From the NCBI RefSeq assembly GCF_024521635.1, contig NW_026250411.1:1240001-1271454 (forward strand): 31,454 nt of DNA, given 5' to 3'. A model generated the notes under the pieces. It had not been told where the DNA came from. It searched no databases and saw only the letters and a program-made list of their open reading frames with translations. The stretch comes from Tricharina praecox. Lineage: Eukaryota. Of the stretch, positions 21,954-31,454 are shown one piece after another. Position 1 is the stretch's first letter; each line of letters starts with the position of its first letter. The position numbers and the translations under genes were made by a program.

Positions 21954-24900
21954 GTTTTTGGAGTCGTTAGTTCGAAATGGAATATGGGTGTTTGATCGTG
22001 CTGGATGGAATGCTGTGCTGTACTTGGGTGTTGTTAAAAGTGTCTGGATGATTGTCCTTGATGATCGATGAAACGGGTTTATATACGTCTGCTCGAAGGA
22101 AGGAGACGTCATTATCTGCTGAGGTCACAGTGAGGGCGGCCAGGAGGTGGCGGAATGATCATTGTGATGTCAGATGGTGTGAAGTGCACACAGTAACAAG
22201 AGTCTGTTAATCGGCCGCAGAGTGCAATTATCGTTTGAGAACCATTCTCGTCGGTTGCAAAATAAGATGGGCTCAGGTCGCCAAAGGCCCTCCGACGGAA
22301 AGATGGCGTAGTCTTCGGTCCGTGCCCATATGGTCGAAGCTCCGCTTCGCACTCGCACCGCCGCCGTGTGGTATCCGAGTCCCCATAATTCCACGGCTTT
22401 TGTGTAGGGCAAGCGGTTGCGATCTTTCTGTTTTTAGCAGAAAGCTAGTCGAAAGGGAATGGTACTATGCCTGCCCATTCACGGAGAGCTTCTCATTTCT
22501 CCAGCACCGCAAGACAAATGCTTTTGCGCGATGACAATGATCAGGATCCAGATCGGAACACATAAGCACGGGCAAGAAAAGCAGTGCAGGTCATGCCGGA
22601 GTAGGTACTTGACTCTTGAGCGAGTGTTGTGGCTTGGATTGCGGAAAAGCCTACGCGTGGAAGCGAAAGACGACCGCGTTTACAGTGGGGCAGTTTCACA
22701 TGGTAAGTTTTTGTATCCACTCCGTTGATTTCCTAACAGAACAAGCCAGGTTTCGGTAAGAGATTGGTGAGACTCGGCCAGCGCTCACCTTGATGGTATG
22801 TTTAGCCGGTCTCTGGGAGCATGTTTATGGTACTCCGCATATACTGCCAAAGATAGATGTGGAGACTTCCAGTGAAAGCTGGAGCGAGCATTCTAATCCG
22901 CTGGCTGAAAGCCTCACTTGAACTAGAGAAAGATCCCATCACTTCCGGAATAACGGGACCTTACTAGGTATCTCCTGGTCATACGAGCACAGTACGCATG
23001 TTTGCTCAGGGTCAAGCTCGAGCGGTGATGAAGATTGAATGCAATCAACTCCGCCGGCGATGTGCTATCCCCAAAAAGCCGTGCGTAAGCCAGCCAACTC
23101 GGCAGTAAAGGCATCTCTGTGGAGGAAGAATCACGGGTCAAGCTTGGCACCACCTAACAGCACTGTTAAAGACGCAAACACGGCGCGACACAGGCCCACG
23201 GCAGCACGGTCACTGGATAGCAAAACCTCCACCATCACACCCCCGAGCAAAAGAACGAAGGAGAGGGCGCAAGCGAGGTCAGCCCCCCCCGCAACTTCCG
23301 GATTAAGAGTCTGAGGCCCCAACGATAATAATCGAGCTAGCGAGGTACCTATTTCACATCTCACATCGCCGCCTTCGTGTATTATCGTTCGAAGCTTCCC
23401 TTGCGCCGTTGTACGCGATCCGGTGAGGGCCGTCAGGTTCCTTTGACGGCAAGAGATGGTGGACAAGACAGAACTATGGGCGACGTCAAACCTGGGACAA
23501 AAGACGGTATTGACTGCTGCGACGAGAGTCTCCAGCGGAGCATCTGGACGGCCCACCACCTCGTGAATCACTATAATTGACACTACTAGCACAACCGCTT
23601 CAACTAGGTGGTGCCATTGGGTGCACCGGTAGCCTAGTCTGCGGGATCTAGCGAGTGATTCTCCGACCAATTCCTTTAGCCAATCACTTGCTCCTGTCCA
23701 CCGTGAACCAGACCACTGGTACTCTTCGCCGCCGGCGACCATCGTCAAGTTTTACTAGATGTGAAGCACAGAGTTAACCCGAGAAGAGCGATCAAATAGT
23801 TGGTCATTTACTAGGTAGCTGGTCAATAAAAAAGGCAGCAGAACGAAATCAGTGTCCCAAAGGAGGTGGTAGTTTGGGATATTGTAGGTCCATGATTAGT
23901 ATTGAACGGTCATGATTCGTGTCGATCGCTTATCCCTCTATCCCCGTCTGTCATCATTACTATCATACCGGGGGACGGCGTTCTGTCGGCTCTGGAGCGG
24001 GGTTTCAGCGAGAAGCAGACGAAACTCTGGTAGCCGGCAAGGGAGACGCCGAACTACACGGTACCAGAGTACCGTACTCAAGTTACAATAGAAGCCGCGA
24101 AATGCTTTGGTAATTTAACCAAGTTTTTATCCCTAACTCTGGCTTTGTCATTTTCCACTTGCACTCTCCGGGAGTAAATGCATCAAAGATAGTCATGGCG
24201 TGCCAGCGATTCAGTCATTCCCCAATGAAGAAGCTCCAGCTCCCGGCAACCATGAAGATATGAGCTTGGCCATACTAGCAAATACCACATATGACCCCAT
24301 TGTTGTACGCTTTTAAGGGAGAGCTATCGTAGGAAGGATGGCTGGCATGTGATGGGCACGTGATGGGCTGGAGAAGCACGCGAGAAGGCGGGTGATAGGA
24401 TAGGCGGCGACAGTCGTTCCGCGGATTAGTCGGTTTCGGAAAACGTATTGAGGGGCGTGGAGGCAGAGGCAACAGCAGTCAGGGATTTTTTGGGGGAGAG
24501 AGTGCGGATGTAGTGCAAGCTGCACAGAACAACAACAAACGGGATCACGTACCCGCGACCTCAGCACGGATCAACAAACGTGGCAGATAATGGACAAGCA
24601 GCAACCCGACTATCCGGATACCACCAAGATCAATGGACGTACGTATATCAAAAAGATGTCCATCCACCACACCTCGGTGTTCAATACTTTGGTTGTGGAG
24701 GAGGCGGGGGCATACAGACATGCCGGGATTCGGGGACCGTGTGTAGTAGGATCGTGGATAGAAACGACTCGGCCAATTTCTAGCTACAAACCAATCAGGC
24801 TGTACCAATGTGAGGAGTTGTTGGAACCTCTGTATGTTCGGGAAAAAAACCATCCCAGGACGGCCCCGCCCTACGGTCCACCAGTAGTCTGTATTCCGGA

Positions 24901-25819
24901 CGGACGGTTCACAACCCTGGTACTAGTCAACCTGGACAAATTGGGATCGGAAATTGCTGGTACCGGCGAGGCTGTGGCGCCGGCTCAGCAGCCAGCGGGG
25001 TGCTGTTACAGCTGGTACCGCTACATACTGAACCGCACTGTTCATTACAGGCTTTGTTGGAGTGCCACAGGAGTCGACCGGCCCACCAGCGGCACCACAC
25101 CGACCAGCCACGTGGGGCTTGCCTGTACCAGCAATTACCAACCGGGTTAGTGTGGGCTGGTGAGGGCTTATTAGTATTGGGTAGTACGCACAAACCCGCT
25201 CTCTGTGGCTTACTACCTGCACTCGGTGACTAACGTCCCTCCATGTAACCAACGAGCGTTTCGTGAGAGGCCTGGTCGCTTTCCTCGTGCACGGGGACAC
25301 TTGCTTTGCCTGCCCGGCCGAACTGAGTTTCGAAGGTGATGTGAGGGAGTTCCCACGGCGGTTACCCTTGCCGGCGTACTCGTGGATAGTTTTCCAACCG
25401 GCCACACGAAATCTGCGTAGGGTTTCAGTTGCGCGGAAGGTGATTATCGTTGCGTGACTTGCCTGTCCAGCCGCCAATGTGATGGAACTTCGAACTCGGT
25501 TTCCAAGGAACCACCCAAAAGATTCCATATGACACGATGCTGATGTAGGTTCTATACTTCTGCCCTGCATCGGACGGACTACTAACTGTTTTCTCCGCAG
25601 AGAGGTGTTGCGCAGCGAGACGGTGTGGGTGGCTGTGGTACTCTGCAGAGCTAACTAACAACTGGCGATTCTGCTTTACACTCAATTCCGGATAGCCCCA
25701 GCCCAGGAGCAACGTCAAATATTAGTCCCACAAGAAAGTTAGTAAAACGAAAAAGGTTCGGTTAAGTGTTACAGTGGTGAACGTCTTTATCCTGTGGCAA
25801 TACGATGAGAACCCGTGAA

Positions 25820-26320
25820 GTGGCAGCTGAAAATGGTGGCAATACAGCGATTTGGGCATAACCCAGCCCAGAAGCACCCTCAAATACTGCTCTGACAAAT
25901 AGCTTTATACGACAGGAAAGCATCTACTATGCATGCAAATAGATGGAGTTGCAGTCCCGGGTCAATTGGCGGAGGACTCGCGGAGCGGCGCCCTCCAGTA
26001 CCATAAAAACAGCGATTTCAGTCACCCCCAGCCCAAGATCACCGTCAAAGAGCGGTCCCACAGAGAACTTTTTATGGCGTGAAACATTCCCGTGAGTGCG
26101 GAGACAGATGGTATTGGAATGCGGTAAACAAACGATGAGAAGTCGCTGAGCGGCGCCCCCCAGTACCACCAAAACAGCGATTTCAATCCCCCCCTAGCCT
26201 AGGAGCACCATCAAACAGTGGTCCCATAGAGAACTTTGTAAGACAAAAAAGATTCTACTATGCATGGGAATGAATGGGGTTGCGGTTACGTGTCAATCGG
26301 TTGCAAACTCGCGGAGCGGC
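25820..26320. repeat. Degenerate ~165-bp tandem repeat, ~3 copies
   Basis: GAGCGGC at 25983, 26148 and 26313. ACAGCGATTT near 25845, 26009 and 26174. CTACTATGCATG near 25924 and 26255. Confidence 0.85.
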
Positions 26321-27342
26321 AGCGGGTCCGACGCAATTTACCGGTCGGCCGTAGTCGATCTGGTGAATCTACAGCCTAGCAGGACGAAACACTGCTGTAT
26401 CGCAGTCAGTATTCTCCTGTTTCTCTCCACCTGACACTCGTTGGGACCCTCAAAGTATGTTCATTACACTCGGCGTACCAATCTCTGGGTCAGACGTAGT
26501 TTACTGGTCGGCCGAAGGTGATCTGATTGCTCTACACAAGCGTGATAGTTCAAGATGCGTGGTGTACAGCGTGATATTTCATGATGTAGAATGCATTGTG
26601 TGATATTTCATGAAGGAGTATATCACACGATATATTAGTGAACGAGGAGACTTGCGATATGTGGAGCAACAACCGACATGGTACATAGTTAGAATGCTGA
26701 ACAAAAGGACGGTAAATCAATTCATCAGTTGAAATGAAACGTAAATGAGGATTACAAGTACATTTTAACTGTTAGCATATTCACGGCCTGATTAGGTGCA
26801 TGGCGCGAACATGCAGCCCAGACCTTATTAGGATCTAATCAGCAAGGGTACCCCGAGCTGACATTTTACTGCGCTGCACTGATAGGTAATGCAGATTACC
26901 GACCAGTACCGCTATCGCCGTACCGCCAAGCGCCTGACGAGTACTATATGCGATTAGGGCAGCCAGGGCGGCCAGGAACCGGCAGTGGTATATGTCCGCA
27001 ATCGTCTGTAATGCTCAGTCCTGCTCGGTACTGAGAGGTACCACTATTGCCACACCGCCGGGCGCAGTTCTGACCCAGGGTACAGGTAATGGGGACAGGT
27101 GGTGTTAGACAGCAAAGAAGGACGAGGACAGAGTGCTATTAGCGGCGATGACAGTGGAGTATCCACAGTGAAGCAGATGTGTAGAATAGCATAGGAGCAT
27201 AATGCGTACCTGCTACAAGAAAACCAGAAACTGTCATAGAGCGAGAGGTGGCAAGGGAGAATACCGTGGAGAGGACTGATGGGGGAGCTGTAGCCCGCTA
27301 GCGAGAAGAGGGGTAGGATAACGCTTCCTGTGGTACGTCCCT

Positions 27343-27399
27343 AAAGAGGGGATACTGTCACGGTTCAGAGATCCTTGCCTTAAGTAGCTACTGGGATGA
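27343..27399 (+). mobile_element. Polypurine tract plus start of a third LTR fragment
   Basis: AAAGAGGGGATAC directly followed by TGTCACGG at 27356, the typical PPT-3'LTR junction of fungal gypsy elements. Cut off at 27400 by the next LTR. Confidence 0.6.
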
Positions 27400-28400
27400 T
27401 GTAAAGGCACGGTCAAGCAAGGCTACAGGTAACTGTCACGGCTCGCGACGGAAAGACGAAGGGAGGGTCGGCGCAAGGATCGGGAAAGTTGGGAGGCAGT
27501 GCACAGGCAGTGCACCGGCAGTGCAAGGATGAGTGGCAGAGGATTGGGGGCTGTGTGCAGGGAGCAGGGATAGTGCAGTAATGAGCCGCAGGGAATTGGG
27601 GCTGTGTGCAGGAAGCAGGGGTAGTGCGGATACGCAGGGTATGAGTCACGGAAGCGGGGTACTGGCAAGGTGGATTTCTCAGGGTCTGGCACACGCCCAC
27701 AGTCAATGTCAGGTTGCGGGAAGAAGTGGAGGATTTTCTATATAAACGGTCTGTTGCCCCTCTGTATTGAGTTCTTCATGCAACAACTTGTTAATTCAAT
27801 CACTGTTACCTCTGTCCTTGCCTCGGCTGCCGTCTGCGCCATAGTCCTTGTCCCTACCTCTATTCTCAGTTGCTGTCTGCACTGAGCCCTTCCTTACCTT
27901 GTCTGACCGTGCCGTTACAGTAACGAAGCCGGGCGCGTGATCAGGTACTGGGTTTGGTAGAGGCAAGACAGGTTCAGAGGACAAGGTGAGGCAGGGCTCA
28001 GTGCGGACGGCAACTGAGAACAGAGACAGGGACAAGGACTACGGCGCAGACGGCAGCCGAGGCAAGGACAGAGGTAACAGTGATTGAATTAACAAGTTGT
28101 TGCGTGAAGAACTAAGTACAGAGGGGCAACGGCCCGTTTATATAGGAAACCCTCCACTTCTTCTCGCAACCTGACAATAACCGTGGGCGTGTGCCAGACC
28201 CTGAGAAATCCACCTTGCCAGTACCCCGCTTCCGTGACTCATACCCTGCGCAGCCGCACTACCCCTGCTTACTGCACACAGCCCCAATTCCTCCGGCTCA
28301 TTCCTGCATTGCCGCCCGCGCAGCCCCTTGCACTGCCCCCGCGCTGCCTTCCCACCCCTGTTCCGACTCTTCCTCGAACGTCCCGTCGCGAGCCGTGACA
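27400..28400 (-). mobile_element. Related LTR (~510 bp) in minus orientation, split by the nested 27434-27919 solo LTR
   Basis: The minus strand starts TGTCACGGCTCGCGACGG at 28400 (same start as the nested LTR) and ends GACCGTGCCTTTACA at 27400 (nested copy ends GACCGTGCCGTTACA). TATA box at 28137-28144. Flanks (GATGA / CCATG) do not form a TSD. Confidence 0.85.
27434..27919 (+). mobile_element. Solo LTR (486 bp), TGTCAC...GTTACA, with 5-bp TSD GTAAC
   Basis: TG...CA termini. GTAAC at 27429-27433 and 27920-27924. TATATAAA at 27739-27746. Internal ~51-bp duplication (27541/27592). Confidence 0.92.
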
Positions 28401-29830
28401 CCATGTCGCCTGGTTGGAAGGCTGGCGCAGGGGTTAGGTGTTAGTCGGATTCGTCCTGTTGCCGTGCCTGGGCATACCGCATTTGGCTGCGGGCAACGTC
28501 GTGGATTTGATGCAACTGTTCCGCTGCATTCTGAGCTTGATGTTCCTCCTTGGTGTCGACACGGATATCCAGCTCAAAGTCACACCGTGGGTGGTATCCT
28601 AGGTTAGCGAAGAATGGGGACAGAGTAGTCGTGTCGGAGACCTGGTTGTTGCCAGCGAAATCGGCCAAGAACAGGTAGTCCACCCAGTCATCCTGGAGGT
28701 AGCTGACGTACGCGCGGAGGTGCTGTTCCATGACGGCGTTCATCCGTTCGGTTTGGCCGTCGGTCTGGGGGTGGAAGGCAGTTGACAGGCGTGGCTCGAT
28801 CTTGAGGCATGAGCATAGGTGTTTCCAGAATCTCCAGGCAAACTGGGGACCCCTATCCGAGACGATGGTTTCTGGCAACCCGTGGTACCTGAAGATCCGG
28901 TCGCAGAACAGCTCGGCCAGTCCTTCCGAGGTGATGGTCGTGGTACATGGTAGGAGATGGCGTTGCTTGGTCAGTCGGTCGACAAAAATCCAGATGGCGT
29001 CATACCCCTTTGAGGCCGGTAAGCCAGTGACAAAGTCGACTGAGATATGTTGCCATGGCTTCTCGGGTACTGGGAGGGGGCGCAGGACACCATAGGGTGC
29101 GTGCCGGATGGCCTTGGTTCATCGGCAGGTGTGGCAGTTTCGGACAAACTGGTCAACGTCCTTTCGCATCTGTGGCCAGTAGTACCTCCAAGCAAGTAGT
29201 TCCAGGGTTTTCGCGCGCCCTGGGTGCCCCATGGCCGGTGGGCCGTGGTGGTCCTGGATCAGTCGTAGTCGGAGTCGGTCGTACTCTGGAACATAGAGGC
29301 AGTCTCGGTAGATCAGTTGCCCGTTGACTTCGCGGCATTCGGCCAAGGAGATCTCCTTCGAGTGGCGTGTACCATTTCGGAGTAGCTCCAGGATTCGATT
29401 CGGGACGGGGTCTATGTCGTAGCCTTCTGTTATCAGTGACGTGAGGAGGGGACAGTCTTGTTCGGGTGTGTTGGTTGCTGCCAACCGGAGCTCTTCCGGT
29501 AGGTTGTCCGGTTTCAGGACTGCCCGCTGGTTGGCAAGCAGTCTTTCATCCCCTTCTTTAGGGAGGTCTCCTGACCTCCTGGTCAGTGCATCCGGTTTTC
29601 CTCCTGCTTTGCCTGGCCGGTAGACAATCTTGAAATGGAAACGGGAAAGGAACTCTGACCATCGTGCTTGTCGTCGGTTGAGTAGTTTCGTTGTCATGAA
29701 ATACTCCAGATTCTTGTGGTCGCTTAGGACTTGGATGGGGTGAGGAGCGCCCTCCAGATGTGGTCTCCACTCCTCAAAGGCGCGGATGATTGCAACGAGT
29801 TCTTTGTCATAGATCTCGTAGTTGCATTTG
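28401..29830 (-). pseudogene. Gypsy RNase H C-terminus and integrase (zinc-binding plus DDE core), with in-frame stops
   Basis: ORFs 29119..29697 and 28441..28878 lie in one frame separated by a single TGA. The sequence ends PAPAFQPGDM at the LTR junction. Confidence 0.92.
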
Positions 29831-31267
29831 GCCGGGGTGTTTCTTGGAATAGAATGCCACTGGGTGCAGGATTCCCTCGTCGTCGTACTGAGATAGGACT
29901 CCGGCAGAGACGTAGTCGGAGGCGTCAGTTTCCACTACTATCTGCCGATCGTAGTCGAAGTGCCGGAGGATCGGGGCCGAGGTGAATGCTGTTTTTAGTT
30001 CGTCGAATGCTTTCTGCTGTTCCGGTCTCCACACGAAGGGAACATACTTTCCATCCTCCTTCTTGGTCAATGCTGTCAATGGGGATACCACCTTGGAATA
30101 GTGTTGGATGAATCGCCGGTAGAAGTTCGCAAATCCCAGGAAGCATTGCACATCGGTGACGGTACTCGGCTCCTCCCATTCCAGTATGCAGGAGACTTTC
30201 GCTGGGTCCATCTTGATCCCGTTTGTTGTAATGATCAGTCCCAAATACTTGACTTCCGTCTGGTGGAAATGACATTTTCTGGGTTTGAGATGTAGACCAG
30301 CTGCTGATAAGGCCTGAAGTACTTTCCTGACATGTTTTCGGTGTTCATCTAAGGATCCGCTGTAAATGAAGACGTCATCGATGAATGCGGTACAGAAGTC
30401 GTCGAGGAACAGGCGTAGCACATCGTTGATCAGAGCTTGGAAGGCGGCAGGGGTGTTGGTGAGACCGAAGGGCATGACGATGGATTCGAATAGCCCATAG
30501 CGTGTCCGGAAGGCAGTTTTCCACTCTTCTCCTTCCGCCATCCGCACAAGGTTGTAGGCACCGCGGATATCCAGGGTGGTGAAGTATTTTGCCCCGGATA
30601 GCCGCATCAGAGTTTCTTGGAGAAGTGGGAGAGGGTACCTGTTCTTGATTGTTCCTTCGTTCAGGCCCCTGTAATCCACACACAGGCGTAGGGAGCCATC
30701 CAATTTCTTGACAAACAGGATTGGCGATGCTGCTGGAGAGGAAGAGGCACGGATGAAACCTTTGCTGAGGTTGTCGTCAAGCCATTCCTTCAGTGTGACA
30801 AGCTCCGTTTTCGAAAGTGAGTACAGTGGTCCGTATGGGGGCGTAAATCCCTCCTTGAGTGGAATCTTATGGTCGTAGTGTCGGTGCGGGGGCAAGTTCT
30901 GAGCAAGGGCTTCAGAGAACAGCGGTAGGAATTCGTGGTATTCGTGAGGGATATGTGCCGTGGGGTCCTTGTTTTCTTCCAGTGCGCCGTTGACCTCGGC
31001 AAGCGTGGTGTTAAAAACCGTGAGGCTTTCCTTGTTGACCAGTTCTTGGAATGACTCCATCTGTAAGGCTGAGATTCTGACTGTGCTTTCCCTTGAAAGG
31101 TTAGTGCATTCTTGGTGATTCTTCCTTGGGGGAGACGTAATGTAGCGGGCCACGATGTCGCCGGCCCCCGCGCTTACCGCTGGCTCTTGCTGAGCTGCTT
31201 TTGACGCGAGAGCATAGGTGGATACGTCAGGCGGGTCGGTGGTGATTCCATGTGCAACTGTGGGCAC
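29807..31267 (-). pseudogene. Gypsy reverse transcriptase plus N-terminal RNase H ORF (frameshifted after FYSKKH)
   Basis: 486-aa ORF with canonical gypsy RT motifs. The RNase H continues in another frame ([26 protein letters not shown]). Confidence 0.93.
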
Positions 31268-31295
31268 CGCATTGCAATTGGCTGTGCAGTATTCG

Positions 31296-31454
31296 AGGGT
31301 TAGGGTTAGGGTTAGGGTTAGGGTTAGGGTTAGGGTTAGGGTTAGGGTTAGGGTTAGGGTTAGGGTTAGGGTTAGGGTTAGGGTTAGGGTTAGGGTTAGG
31401 GTTAGGGTTAGGGTTAGGGTTAGGGTTAGGGTTAGGGTTAGGGTTAGGGGTTAG
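31296..31454 (+). repeat. Telomeric repeat tract (TTAGGG)n, about 26 copies, running to the end of the window
   Basis: Perfect GGGTTA repeats from about 31296 to the end, G-rich strand 5'->3' toward the terminus. One GGGG variant near 31447-31450. Confidence 0.98.

Larger units (their letters stand above)
28401..31295 (-). mobile_element. Ty3/gypsy LTR retrotransposon pol remnant (RT-RNase H-integrase), 5'-truncated by the telomere and 3'-interrupted by an LTR
   Basis: RT motifs [41 protein letters not shown] and AFIDD. RNase H motifs ETDASD and DHKNLEYF. Integrase HHCC (HH..GH...CHTC), ISVDFV, SDRGPQF and HPQTDGQTER. Domain order RT-RH-IN is gypsy. Disabled by a frameshift near 29835, TGA at 29119-29121 and TAA at 28441-28443. 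Confidence 0.96.

Noticed and set aside
28428..28445. Telomere-like GGGGTTAGGTGTTAG
   Set aside because: It lies within integrase coding sequence (HLTPA on the minus strand) and is short and likely coincidental.
31218..31454. ORF with poly(RV)
   Set aside because: Translation of the telomere repeats.

Overview
Eukaryotic (filamentous ascomycete-type) right chromosome end. The window ends in about 26 (TTAGGG)n telomere repeats fused directly into the pol gene of a decayed Ty3/gypsy LTR retrotransposon. Gag, protease and the 5' LTR are missing, which looks like de novo telomere healing. Next to it is a nest of LTRs: a solo LTR with a perfect GTAAC target-site duplication sits in inverted orientation inside a related LTR, forming a long hairpin. 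The middle of the window carries four supportable host genes: a single-pass membrane protein with a Cys-rich CFEM-like ectodomain, an 11-exon LaeA-like SAM methyltransferase, a 2-exon D-serine dehydratase (DSD1-like) and a 3-exon Hva1/TUDOR-like small protein. At 8.4-10.9 kb is a non-coding TIR element containing two inverted 173-bp solo-LTR-like copies whose flanks are reciprocally swapped, the footprint of an LTR-mediated inversion. The rest is micro/minisatellite-rich, apparently non-coding or degenerate DNA, and most ORFs in the supplied track are spurious low-complexity frames. I found no convincing novel protein system. The most interesting signals are structural and concern genome dynamics.
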